From assembly GCA_963811055.1 (NCBI GenBank), contig CAWEPQ010000001.1, positions 60,390 through 124,389 of the forward strand: a stretch of DNA of 64,000 bases. Direction: 5' to 3'. Shown here piece by piece: positions 1 through 11,397 of the stretch. The notes below the pieces were generated by a model. It ran no database searches, was not told the DNA's origin, and saw nothing but the letters and a program-made list of their open reading frames with translations. Origin of the DNA: an uncultured Thermoleophilaceae bacterium. GTDB taxonomy: Bacteria > Actinomycetota > Thermoleophilia > Solirubrobacterales > Thermoleophilaceae. Every line of letters begins with the position of its first letter. Positions within the stretch are counted from its first letter, which is position 1. The position numbers and the translations under genes were made by a program.

Positions 1-124
1 CCGATCGATCGATCTTCGGGGCGCGCTTACGCACCCGCTGCCCGCAATACGGACATTCGGTGACGTACGGGCTGACCTCGGACCCGCAGTTCTTACAGAC
101 GACGAAAAGGTCCGGCTGAGACAC
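1..124 (-). CDS. zinc-ribbon protein, N-terminal fragment (gene continues past window start)
   Basis: My reverse translation from GTG at 122-124 gives VSQPDLFVVCKNCGSEVSPYVTECPYCGQRVRKRAPKIDRS, with two CxxC pairs. The frame stays open to the window edge. It is too short for the ORF track. Confidence 0.4.
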   Translation of the reverse strand, partial: MSQPDLFVVCKNCGSEVSPYVTECPYCGQRVRKRAPKIDRS

Positions 125-153
125 TCCCAGGGAGGGTACCCGGCCGAGAAGGG

Positions 154-1290
154 CTACTCCTGCGGTATGTCGGCCTCTTCGGGCACCGTGGCCGCCACGA
201 TCTCACTCACGACCTCGCGCAGGTCGTGGTTGGCCTCGTACACCACCGCCTGGCGCGAGGCGCCGTTGCCGTTCTCGAGAATGTCCTCGATGCACTCGAG
301 GTCGTCGGTCGAGCCGAGCTCCTCCGCGTGGGGAGCGAGACGGTCGAGCAGGCGGCGCGCCAGGTCGGGCACCGGCACGCGGCCGATGTCGGGCAGGTCC
401 ACCAGCGACCCGCCGAGCCCGTGCCGCGCAGCCAGCCACTTGTTCTCGTCGAGCATCTCGTAGGGATAGCGCGAGAGCTGCGACCCCGCCTCGTAGTGCT
501 CGGCGAGCTCCTTGACCATCGCCTGGATCAGGCCGGCCAGCGCGATCGTGTGTTCCACGCGCGTCTGAGAGTCCATCACCCGGACCTCGACGGTGCCGAA
601 GTTGGGATGCGGGCGCACGTCGTACCAGAGGTAGGTGTAGTCGCGGATCACCCGGCTGCCGGTCATGAAGTCGATCCGCGCCGACCAGTCCTCGAAGTCG
701 TCGTAGCGCGGCGGTATGCCCACGCGCGGGAACGCGCGGAAGATCGGCGTGCGGGTGGAGTCGAGGCCCGTCTGGTCGCCGCGCCAGAACGGCGAGTTGG
801 CCGAGAGCGCGAGCAGCAGCGGCAGGTGCACCCGCATGCCGTTGGTCACGTGGATCGCCTTGTCGGGATCGTCCACCCCGACGTGCACGTGGATCCCGAA
901 GATGATCTCCTGGCGAGCGACGAACTGAAGGCCGGCGATCAGGTCGCGGTAGCGCGGGCGGGACACGATCCGCTGGTCCTCCCAGAGCGCGAACGGATGA
1001 GTCCCGGCCGACCCGATCCGAAGACCCCGTTGCGTGGCCACCTGCTGCACCGTCCTGCGCAGGGCGCGCAGCTGATCGCCCACCTCGCGCGTGTTCGTGC
1101 ACGGCGTCGTGGCGATCTCGCACACCGACTCCATCAGCTCCGGCTTGACCTCCCCCTGGGTTCCGGCGTCCCGGAGGTCGGCGAGCAGACCCTCGATGGA
1201 GTTCGACAGATCGAGCGTCTCCGCATCGACGATCATGAGCTCCTCCTCCACGCCGAGCGTGTAGGAGGGGCCGGAAAAGCGATGCTCCAC
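154..1290 (-). CDS. carboxylate-amine ligase, YbdK / glutamate-cysteine ligase family 2
   Basis: 378-aa ORF with a GTG start. TLGVEEELMIVD and IHVHVGV segments are typical of the YbdK/GCS2 family. Confidence 0.9.
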   Translation of the reverse strand: MEHRFSGPSYTLGVEEELMIVDAETLDLSNSIEGLLADLRDAGTQGEVKPELMESVCEIATTPCTNTREVGDQLRALRRTVQQVATQRGLRIGSAGTHPFALWEDQRIVSRPRYRDLIAGLQFVARQEIIFGIHVHVGVDDPDKAIHVTNGMRVHLPLLLALSANSPFWRGDQTGLDSTRTPIFRAFPRVGIPPRYDDFEDWSARIDFMTGSRVIRDYTYLWYDVRPHPNFGTVEVRVMDSQTRVEHTIALAGLIQAMVKELAEHYEAGSQLSRYPYEMLDENKWLAARHGLGGSLVDLPDIGRVPVPDLARRLLDRLAPHAEELGSTDDLECIEDILENGNGASRQAVVYEANHDLREVVSEIVAATVPEEADIPQE

Positions 1291-1345
1291 GCGGGCATCC
1301 TAGCCCTAGCGGGCGTCGCGGAGACGGCGTAACGTCCTCGGCACG

Positions 1346-2287
1346 ATGTCAGGGCACCGCCTGGGCTACGACGACAAGCTCTACATCCTCGCGTTCGACC
1401 ATCGCGGCTCCTTCCAGAAGAAGATGTTCGAGATCGCCGGCGACCCGACGGAGGAGGAGACCGAGCGGATCGCGGACGCCAAGCACCTGATCTTCGAGGG
1501 GCTCCTTCGAGCGTCGGAGCAGGGCGCCGAGCCCGCGGTCACCGGCTGCCTGGTGGATGAGCAGTTTGGCGCGCCCGGGCGAATCCCGCAGGAGGCCAGG
1601 GAGCAGGGCTTCGTGCTCGCCATGCCCGTGGAGAAGTCCGGACAGGACGAGTTCGACTTCCAATACGGGGATGAGTTCGGCGAGCACATCGAGCGCTTCG
1701 ACCCGGACTTCTCGAAGGTGCTCGTGAGATTCAACCCGGATGGCGACGCGGACATGAACGCGCGCCAGACGGGGCGCCTCAAACGGCTGTCCGACTGGCT
1801 CCACGAACACGACCGCAGATTCCTCTTCGAGCTGCTCGTGCCCGCGGAGCCCTCGCAGCTCGAGCAGGTGGGCGGAGACACCGCCCGCTTCGACGCCGAG
1901 CTGCGGCCAAGGCTGATGGAGCGGGTGATCGAGACCCTCCAGGACGCCGGCGTGGAGGCTGACGTGTGGAAGATCGAGGGGCTCGACAACCGGGAGGACT
2001 GCGAGCGCATCGTCGCGATCGCCCGCCGTGGAGGGCGCGACGGCGTGGTGTGCGTGGTGCTCGGCCGCGGCGCGAGCGACGAGACCGTCGATCACTGGCT
2101 GCGACAGGGCGCGCCTGTGGACGGCTACGTGGGCTTCGCGATCGGCCGCAGCATCTGGTGGGACGCCCTCAGGGCCTGGCTCGACGGCGCGCTCGGCCGC
2201 GAGCAGGCCGCGCAGCAGATCGCGGACAAGTACACGCGCTTCGTGCGCGTGTACGAGGAGGCGGCCGGCGTGAACGCCGGCTCGTAG
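1346..2287 (+). CDS. DUF2090 / IolC-C-terminal aldolase-like domain protein
   Basis: 313-aa ORF with unbiased composition. The LYILAFDHRGSF N-terminus resembles DUF2090 (2-deoxy-5-keto-gluconate-6-P aldolase-like) proteins. Recognised by eye only. Confidence 0.55.
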   Translation: MSGHRLGYDDKLYILAFDHRGSFQKKMFEIAGDPTEEETERIADAKHLIFEGLLRASEQGAEPAVTGCLVDEQFGAPGRIPQEAREQGFVLAMPVEKSGQDEFDFQYGDEFGEHIERFDPDFSKVLVRFNPDGDADMNARQTGRLKRLSDWLHEHDRRFLFELLVPAEPSQLEQVGGDTARFDAELRPRLMERVIETLQDAGVEADVWKIEGLDNREDCERIVAIARRGGRDGVVCVVLGRGASDETVDHWLRQGAPVDGYVGFAIGRSIWWDALRAWLDGALGREQAAQQIADKYTRFVRVYEEAAGVNAGS

Positions 2288-2301
2288 TAGCCTTCCCGCC
2301 G

Positions 2302-2541
2302 ATGCGGATGCGTCAGTCCCTAGCGCAGTTCGAGCGCGCCTTCCTCGAGGAGGCCGAGGAGTCTGTCGTACGCCGGGAGCGGCTGCGGAAGACGGCCGCT
2401 CAGCGCTCGCGGGTGCGCCGCGTCGAACGCAGCCGCAAGGCCGGGAAGCTGCGCTTCCTGATGCTCGCGCTCACGCTCGTGGCCACCGCCGTGCTGGTCA
2501 CGATCGCGATGTTCGAGACGCTGGCCCGAATCGCCGGCTAG
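2302..2541 (+). CDS. small tail-anchored membrane protein (hypothetical)
   Basis: Internal ATG of track ORF 1966..2541; the upstream part is Arg-rich shadow sequence. 79 aa: a basic helical N-part followed by one hydrophobic helix, LMLALTLVATAVLVTIAMF. Confidence 0.4.
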   Translation: MRMRQSLAQFERAFLEEAEESVVRRERLRKTAAQRSRVRRVERSRKAGKLRFLMLALTLVATAVLVTIAMFETLARIAG

Positions 2542-2548
2542 ATCCGGT

Positions 2549-2791
2549 CTAGCTGCTGCCCGCGTCGGACGGCGTGCTCAGCTGCCCGAGCGCCTCGTCC
2601 ACCTGCTTGCGATCCTCCGCCGGGTCGCGACCCTGCTGGATCTCGACGTACACCTCTTTGCGGAAGACCGGAACGGATCGCGGCGCCTCGATTCCGATTC
2701 TCACCTTTTCACCCATGATCGCGAGCACCGAGATCTCGATGTCATCGCCAACCATGATGCTCTGATTTGACTTACGGGTGAGAACGAGCAC
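2549..2791 (-). CDS. csrA: carbon storage regulator CsrA (RNA-binding translational regulator)
   Basis: Track ORF 2549..2845 contains the CsrA core [49 protein letters not shown] moved the start to the in-frame GTG at 2791, which has GGAGG about 9 nt upstream. There is a C-terminal tail of about 30 aa. Confidence 0.85.
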   Translation of the reverse strand: MLVLTRKSNQSIMVGDDIEISVLAIMGEKVRIGIEAPRSVPVFRKEVYVEIQQGRDPAEDRKQVDEALGQLSTPSDAGSS

Positions 2792-2923
2792 GCCGCGGTG
2801 CCTCCCCTGCCTGGTGAAGGACGGATACGTCACTAAAGCAGGCATTCACTAGCGGCGCAAGCGAGTACGGGGCGCTCGACGCGACCCGGAGGCGGTAACC
2901 CAGGTTGGTAGTCTCCGGCCCCC

Positions 2924-3487
2924 TTGGCGCGACGATCGCTAAAGCCCCAGTTGAACCAGATTCGCACGTGGGTGCGGCAGGGCCGCACCGACGCGTGGAT
3001 CGCCCACCAGCTCGACGTGTCCGTCGGCGACATCCGGTCGTTCAAGCGCGACCACGATCTCGCCCCGGAGACGAGCGACGCCGACGGCGAGGGCTCGGTC
3101 GGAGTCGAGCTCGACGAGCCGGACCTGCGCGCTGAGGACGACGCCCTCGTGGCGGCCGCCCTCGAGGCGGAGGCCGAGGAGGACGACGACGCCGAGGAAG
3201 ATCAGCCCGAGGCTGACGGCGAAGCGTCCGACGACGAGGAAGACGGCGACAAGCCGCGCCCCAAGCGCCGCCGCGGACGCCGCGGTGGACGGGGACGCCG
3301 CAAGCGCGGTGCCCTCGAGGGAACCTTCGACCATGGCGACGAGGGCTACGGGCTATGGCTCGACCCGGCCGTCCAGGACGACCCCGTCTACGCCGAGCAC
3401 TGGGCCGGGCACCGTCCGGTGACCGTCGTCGTCGAGCCCGAGCGGATCGTGATCACCCGCTCCGGTGAAGACGACCCGCCTGCCTGA
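2924..3487 (+). CDS. hypothetical protein with N-terminal HTH-like segment and acidic/basic charge blocks
   Basis: 187-aa ORF with a TTG start. It has an N-terminal helix-turn-helix-like region, a block of about 60 aa rich in Asp/Glu, a KRRRGRRGGRGRRKR block, and a globular C-terminus. I recognised no family. Confidence 0.55.
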   Translation: MARRSLKPQLNQIRTWVRQGRTDAWIAHQLDVSVGDIRSFKRDHDLAPETSDADGEGSVGVELDEPDLRAEDDALVAAALEAEAEEDDDAEEDQPEADGEASDDEEDGDKPRPKRRRGRRGGRGRRKRGALEGTFDHGDEGYGLWLDPAVQDDPVYAEHWAGHRPVTVVVEPERIVITRSGEDDPPA

Positions 3488-3505
3488 CCAAAGGCACTCT
3501 GCGGA

Positions 3506-3832
3506 CTAGGGCCGTGCGTGCGTCTCGCGGGCGCGGCCACCGGCGAAGTCGGACGCCTCACGCGCGTAGCGGCTGAACGCGGCATCCACCACGATCGCGG
3601 CGTCGGTGCCCGCGGCGTGACGGCCCGCCAGGCCGGTGGCCCAGTCGGTGTCCGCGCCGTAGAAATCCACCAGCTCGCCCAGAACGAAGGCGGACCCGAG
3701 CCGGCGGCGGAGCTCCTCGACCACGGCGTCGGCAGCGCGCTCGAGATCCGCGCGGGCGGGCTCGCTCGTCTCGCGCACCCGTCGTTCGCCCTCGCGCCAC
3801 TGATAGAGGGCGTTCTCCACCGAATAGCTCAC
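3506..3832 (-). CDS. hypothetical protein
   Basis: Track ORF 3506..3991 trimmed to the in-frame GTG at 3832. The remaining 108 aa are unbiased, whereas the part upstream of 3832 is Arg/Ala-rich. It is the last gene of the eno-ftsB string. Confidence 0.45.
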   Translation of the reverse strand: MSYSVENALYQWREGERRVRETSEPARADLERAADAVVEELRRRLGSAFVLGELVDFYGADTDWATGLAGRHAAGTDAAIVVDAAFSRYAREASDFAGGRARETHARP

Positions 3833-3884
3833 CGCCGTCGAGGGTATAGATCGGTGCGCAGCCGGCCGAGCCGGCTGCTTCCGC

Positions 3885-4199
3885 TTAGCGAGGAAGGCCC
3901 TGCACCACGTAAGGCCGTTCGCCCTGGCGCACCATGCCGAGCCGGCGCGCCTCGCGCTCGAGCGCTCCGGGGTCGCGCAGAGCGTGCACACGCTTCTTCA
4001 GCGTCTTGTTCTCCGCAGTGAGCGTCTGCAGCTCACGGGTTTGCTCGCCCGCCGTGCGCGACTGCTCCATCCAGTGCCTGGCGGGCGACACGTAGAGGCC
4101 CACGATCGCGACCAGGGTCGCGAGCAGCGCGATCCGCCCCACCCGGTCCCAGCGAATGCCCGCGGACCGGCGCGGACGAGCTGCTGCTGCATACGCCAT
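3885..4199 (-). CDS. ftsB: septum formation initiator FtsB/DivIC family protein
   Basis: Track ORF 3885..4358 trimmed to ATG 4199, giving 104 aa. It has a TM helix (IALLATLVAIVGLYV) followed by a coiled coil (QTRELQTLTAENKTLKKRVHAL). It lies directly downstream of eno, as is usual in Gram-positives. Confidence 0.75.
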   Translation of the reverse strand: MAYAAAARPRRSAGIRWDRVGRIALLATLVAIVGLYVSPARHWMEQSRTAGEQTRELQTLTAENKTLKKRVHALRDPGALEREARRLGMVRQGERPYVVQGLPR

Positions 4200-4233
4200 T
4201 CGGTCCCCGTTCGGCGCTCCGCGGGGGACTCCT

Positions 4234-6120
<1,887 letters not shown>

Positions 6121-6130
6121 CGCGCCTCAC

Positions 6131-7321
6131 CTACGGCGTCTGCTGAGGCTGCGGCGCCTGCTGCTGCTGCGGCTGCGGAGTGCCCTGCGGGGAGCCGCCC
6201 GATGCCGCACCGGTGTTCGCGGGCTCGTCCGGGCCGTTCTTGCACTCGGCGACCTCGTAGTCGGACGCGCAGTTCGTGTCCGCCTTGTAGTCCTCGCGGA
6301 AGTTCTTGATCCAGTCGTCGAGCGTCTTCTGCTGACGCTGCGAGCGCAGCAGGTTCTTGATCGTCTCGGTGGCCTGCTCCTGCGACTGCTGGGAGGCGGG
6401 GACGATCTTGGTGACCTCGAAGACGTACCAGCCGAACTGGGTCTTGACGGGACCGACGAGCGTGCTCTTGCGGGCGCCGAACACGGCCTCGTCGAGCGAC
6501 TTCTCCTGCTGGCCCTTGGCCACCGAGGGAAGCTTGCCGCCCTGCGCCTTGGACGCCTCGTCGATCGAGTACTCCTTTGAGACCGTCTTGAAGTCCTGGC
6601 CGCTCTCGAGCGCCGCCTTGGCCTCGTTCGCCTTGGCCTCTGTCTTCGTGAGGACGATGCGGAGGTCGCGCCGCTCCGGCTGGGCGAAACGCTTCTTGTT
6701 CTTGTCGTAGTACTCCTTGACGTCCTCGTCAGAGATCTTCGTGGCGCTCTTCGTGATCTTCTGCGTGAGCTTCTCCTGAAGCTCGTTGAGCTTGACGCGG
6801 AAGAGGATGTCCTCCTCGCTCATGCCCGACGTCTTGAGGAACTCCTGGTAGGCCTTGTCGGTCGGGAACGACGCCTTCCTCTGGTCGGCGAACGAGCGCT
6901 TGACCTCGGCGTCGGTGACCTTGATGTCCTGCTTCTCGGCCTCCTGCTCGACCCACTCCGCCTGGATCAGGAACTGCATGACCTCGCGCTTGAGCGTGTC
7001 GTACTCCGTCTTGCACTGCTTCTTGAGCGCGGCGGGAGTGGGCTCCTTGGTGCCCTTCGGCACCGGGGTCTTGGCCTTGGCGGCCACGCACTTCTCGAAG
7101 TCGGGGGGATCCGGCACGGCGGCCTGGCCTGCCTGCGCCTGACCGCTGGCCGCGGTCTTGAACCACTTGTCGAACTCGGACTGACTGATCGTCGAGTCCC
7201 CGACCTTGGCCACCGCGCCGGTGGGCACGTCGTTTCCGCAGCCGGCGAATGCGGCTGCGCCGATGCCCGCGACGGCGAGGGCGGCTAGTGACCTGATGGA
7301 GGCGTGAATCATCCGAAGCAT
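6131..7321 (-). CDS. peptidylprolyl isomerase (SurA-N / parvulin-type) lipoprotein
   Basis: Track ORF 6131..7513 trimmed to ATG 7321. It has a signal peptide with a lipobox (AAFAGCG), a PrsA/SurA-like chaperone-rotamase body, and a Gln/Pro-rich C-terminus. Confidence 0.75.
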   Translation of the reverse strand: MLRMIHASIRSLAALAVAGIGAAAFAGCGNDVPTGAVAKVGDSTISQSEFDKWFKTAASGQAQAGQAAVPDPPDFEKCVAAKAKTPVPKGTKEPTPAALKKQCKTEYDTLKREVMQFLIQAEWVEQEAEKQDIKVTDAEVKRSFADQRKASFPTDKAYQEFLKTSGMSEEDILFRVKLNELQEKLTQKITKSATKISDEDVKEYYDKNKKRFAQPERRDLRIVLTKTEAKANEAKAALESGQDFKTVSKEYSIDEASKAQGGKLPSVAKGQQEKSLDEAVFGARKSTLVGPVKTQFGWYVFEVTKIVPASQQSQEQATETIKNLLRSQRQQKTLDDWIKNFREDYKADTNCASDYEVAECKNGPDEPANTGAASGGSPQGTPQPQQQQAPQPQQTP

Positions 7322-7424
7322 TGTTAGGGCGGGTTGGTAAAGCTCGCCTAAGTCGTTGTGAGTGCGAGCAGGCGCGAGCCCGGTGCCCTGCGCGGTGGGG
7401 AAGGGTAGCAATGCGCCTCGCGGC

Positions 7425-10400
7425 TCATCGCTGGTCCGATGCGTCGGGCCGCGTGGCCACCTCCAGAATCGCCTCCGCCGCGGCCACCACCGCCGGGAAG
7501 CGCTCTGCCGCATCCTCGGGCACGCGGACGCGGACCGTGCTTCGGCCGGACTCGTACACGGCCTCGGGAACCGCCTCGCGCAGGGCGCGGGCGCCGCGCG
7601 AGTCGAGCTCGATCGGAGCGACCGCGAGGCGACCGCCCTGGAAGTCCACGGTCCTCGCCCCCGCGCGGCCGAGCTTGATGCGGGCGTCCTGGAGCTTGAT
7701 CAGGTTGTCCAGCGGCTCGGGCACCGGGCCGAAGCGATCCTCGAGCTCCTCGCGCAGCAGGATCAGGTCGGCGATCTCGCGCGCACCCGCCACACGCCGG
7801 TGCAACTCGATCTTGGCCGCCTCGTAGGGCACGTAGTCGCCCGGCACGTACGCGTCCACCGGAAGGTCCATCCGCACGGGCTCGGCGGCCTCCTCGGCGG
7901 AGTCGGCGCTCAGCAGGCGCACCGCCTCGTCGAGCATCCCCATGTAGAGCTCGAATCCCACGGCCGCCACGTGCCCGGACTGGTCCGCCCCGAGCAGGTT
8001 GCCCGCGCCGCGGATCTCGAGGTCGCGCATGGCGATCTTGAAGCCCGACCCGAGCTCCGTGTAGTCCGAGAGCGTCGAGAGTCGCTGCGCGGCCTCCTCG
8101 GACAGGGCGGCCGCGGACGGGTAGAGCAGGTAGGCGTAGGCACGCTCCCGAGAACGTCCCACGCGTCCGCGGATTTGGTAGAGCTGGGCCAGGCCGAGCT
8201 CGTCGGCGCGTTCCACGATCAGCGTGTTCGCGCTCGGGATGTCGAGGCCCGACTCCACGATCGTCGTGCACACGAGCACGTCCGCGGCGCCGCGCAGGAA
8301 CGTGAGCATCACCTGCTCGAGCTCGCCCTCCGGCATCTGGCCGTGAGCCACGAGCACGCGCGCCTTCGGCACCATCGCCCGCACCCGCTCGGCGGTCTCC
8401 TCGATGCTGCTCACCCGGTTGTGGATGAAGAACGCCTGTCCCTCGCGCTCGAGCTCCCGCTCGATGGCCCGGCGGACCAGCTCCTCGTCGTAGTCGCCCA
8501 CGTACGTCTTCACGGGACGCCGGCCCTCCGGGGGCGTCTCGATCACCGAGATGTCTCGCAGGCCCGCCAACGACATCTGAAGCGTCCGCGGGATCGGTGT
8601 GGCCGAGAGCGAGAGCACATCCACGCGGAGGCGGAGCTGGCGCAGAAGCTCCTTCTGCTTCACGCCGAAGCGCTGCTCCTCGTCCACGATCAGGAGGCCG
8701 AGGTCCTTGGGGCGCACGTCGCGTGACAGGAGCCGGTGAGTCCCGATCATCACGTCCACGGCACCGTCCGAGAAGCCCTTCAGCGCGTCGCGAACCTCCT
8801 TCTGCGAGCGGAAGCGGGACGCCACCTCGATGCGCACCGGGTAGTCGCGCATGCGCTCCGTGAAGGTGCCGAAGTGCTGCTGCGCGAGCACCGTGGTGGG
8901 CACGAGGAACATCACCTGCTTGCCGTCCTCCACGGCCTTGAAGGCCGCGCGCAGCGCCACCTCCGTCTTTCCGTAGCCCACGTCGCCGCAGATCAGGCGG
9001 TCCATCGGCCGCGCCTCCTCCATGTCCGCCCGCACCGCCTCGATCGCGTCCATCTGGTCGGGCGTCTCGCGGTAGGGGAAGCGCGCCTCGAACTCCGTCA
9101 GCCACTCGCCGTCGCCGGCGAACGCGTAGCCGGCGCGCCGCCGCCGCTCGGCATAGAGGTTGATCAGCTCGCCCGCGAGCGCCTCGGCGGCGCGGCGAGC
9201 CTTCAGCTTCATCTGCTCCCACTGCTTGCCGCCGAGCTTCGACAGCGGCGGGTCGCCGGCGTCCGCGCCGACGTATCGAGACACCTTGTGCAGCTGGTCG
9301 CTCGGCACGAACACCCGGTCGCCGTCCTTGAACTCGAGCTCCAGGTAGTCGCGGGTGATCCCGCCGACCGTCTTGGTCTCGAAGCCCACGAACTTCGCGA
9401 TGCCGTGGTCGTCGTGGACCACCGCGCCGCCCGCCCGCAGCTCGGTGAACGAGGCGATCACGGCGCCGCCGCCGGCCGGCCGTGAGGAGCGGCGGTTGCG
9501 GAGCAGCCTGTGCTCGGGCAGGATCGCGAGCTTGAGGCCCGGCGCGAGGAAGCCCTCGCGCAGCCCGGCGTGGGCGAAGGTGAGGCCGGGCGCGTGGGAG
9601 GCCGGCTTGCCGTCCAGGAACTCGGCGTGGATGCGGGTGAGGTTGTAGCGGGCCCGCTCCGCCTCGCCGCGACGGTTCCAGGCGACGAAGGTGCGGTAGC
9701 CGGAGCGCACCAGCTTCTCGAGCTCCGGCTCGGCTTCGACCAGAGGAGCGCGCGGCGGTGTCGGCGCTCTGCGCGCGGAACTCGTGCGGCTGGTCCTGGG
9801 AGATGCTGGACAGGCGCAGCTCGGCGCGCTCGTCGAGCGCCTGCGCCAAGCGGTCGGGCGGCACGTAGAGGTGATGCGCGTCCTGCGTCGTGGAAGCTCG
9901 TGGTCACGTCCTCCCAGTAGTCGCGCAGGGAGGGAGCCAGCTCCTCCTCGGCGGCCACCGCTATCAGCGCGTTGTCAGGCACCAGGTCGAGCAGCTCGCG
10001 GAAGCGGTCCACCGGAAGCACGTCGGCCACGTCGGGGCGCTCGGACTCCTCGCTCGTGGCAGCGATCTCCGCCAGCTCCCGCTGGGCCGGCGCCAGCTCA
10101 GCGGCCGGGGCGATCTCCACCCGCTCGGCCTCCTCCAGCGAGCGCTGCGTGAACGTGGAGAACCAGGTGAGCCGCTCCACCTCCACGTCGAAGAGCTCGC
10201 AGCGCACGGCGCGCTCCTCGGTGGCCGGGTAGACGTCGAGGATGTCGCCGCGAAGCGCGAACTGGCCGCGGTTCTCCACCTGGTCCACGCGCTCGTAGCC
10301 GCAGGCCACGAGCTGGTCGGCCGCCTCGTCCAGGTCGAGCAGGCCGCCCTTCTCGATCTCGAAGCCGTGGGGGCGCAGCTCCGGGTCGGGCACCTTCTCC

Positions 10401-10780
10401 GCCAGCGCCACGGCGGACGTGACGAGCACCGCCGGCTCCTCCCCCAGCAGTGCGTCGAGCGCGGCGATGCGCAACCCCACCAGATGCGGCGGCGGCGCGA
10501 GGTGGGACTCGTAGCGCACGCCCCGGGCCGGGTAGAAGCGCACCTGGCGAGGAGCCAGGAAGACGCGCAGGTCCGCCGCCAGGTCACGGGCGGCGCGGTC
10601 GTCCCCCGCCACCACCAGCGCCGGGCGCTCAGGACCGAGGTCGATCAGCGTTGACAGCAGGTACGGCCGCAGGCTGGCCGACACGAAGGCGCGCTGCGGC
10701 TCGCTGCGCGCAGCGTCGGCCAGCGCCGCCACCTCGGGCGCCTCACGTCCATATGCGAGAAGAGAGCGAAGCATGGGCAT
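7425..10780 (-). pseudogene. mfd: transcription-repair coupling factor Mfd, split by two 1-nt insertions (near 9880-9886 and 9741-9747)
   Basis: The gene runs through three successive reverse frames. The first is the N-terminal UvrB-like part, ending ..DYWEDVTTSFH (ORF 9458..10795). The second is HHLYVPPDRLAQALDERAELRLSSISQDQPHEFRAQSADTAARS (frame of ORF 7348..9864). The third is VEAEPELEKLVRSGYRTF.. through the helicase motifs GDVGYGKTEVA and DEEQRFG to the end (ORF 7425..9710). Confidence 0.9.
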
Positions 10781-10786
10781 GGCATT

Positions 10787-10816
10787 GGTGCGCACCCGGC
10801 CGAGCCGGGTGCTTCC
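10787..10816. repeat. 30-nt double-palindrome element, copy A (GGTGCGCACCCGGCCGAGCCGGGTGCTTCC)
   Basis: 29 of 30 nt are identical to 29559..29588 in the same orientation. It contains a 9-bp stem GCACCCGGC/GCCGGGTGC and the 10-nt palindrome GGTGCGCACC. It lies 6 nt upstream of the mfd ATG on the other strand. Confidence 0.8.
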
Positions 10817-10863
10817 ACGACAAACGACCGCCCGGACACCCGCGCGGCTCGCTCCGAACGATT

Positions 10864-11397
10864 CTAGGCGCCCTCTTGGAGCAGGCGCTCGAGCGAGTCC
10901 GTGGCTCGCTCCACCAGCGCGCGAACCTCGTCAGGAGGCTCGCGGAAGCGGCCGAGCACCCACGCCGACACGATCTCCGGGTCGGTGGACTCGGGGCGGC
11001 CCACCCCCACGCGGATGCGCCGGAAGTCGGGGCCGCCGAGCTCGCGCTTGAGCGACTTGAGGCCGTTGTGACCGGCCAGGCCGCCGCCGAGGCGCGCCTC
11101 CACCCGGCCGAACGGCAGGTCGATCTCGTCGTGCACGGCCACCACCCGGTCGAGCGGGACCCCGAGCTGACCGCGCGCGGGCCCGGCGGCCCGGCCGGAG
11201 TCGTTCATGTGGGTCTGTGGCAGCAGCACGCCCACCCGCGGTCCGCCTACGCCCGCGCGGCCGTCCGTGTAGAGGCCCCCGTACTTCGCCTTGGCCTTGG
11301 ACAGTCCCCAGCGCTGGGCGGCCTCGTTGGCCACCTCGAAGCCGACGTTGTGACGCGTGGCCGCGTAGCGGTCGCCCGGGTTGCCGAGCCCGACCAC
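10864..11397 (-). CDS. pth: peptidyl-tRNA hydrolase
   Basis: 177-aa ORF with VGLGNPGDRYAATRHNVGF and GHNGLKS motifs. The GTG start at 11397 probably truncates the true N-terminus (see finding). Confidence 0.85.
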   Translation of the reverse strand: MVGLGNPGDRYAATRHNVGFEVANEAAQRWGLSKAKAKYGGLYTDGRAGVGGPRVGVLLPQTHMNDSGRAAGPARGQLGVPLDRVVAVHDEIDLPFGRVEARLGGGLAGHNGLKSLKRELGGPDFRRIRVGVGRPESTDPEIVSAWVLGRFREPPDEVRALVERATDSLERLLQEGA

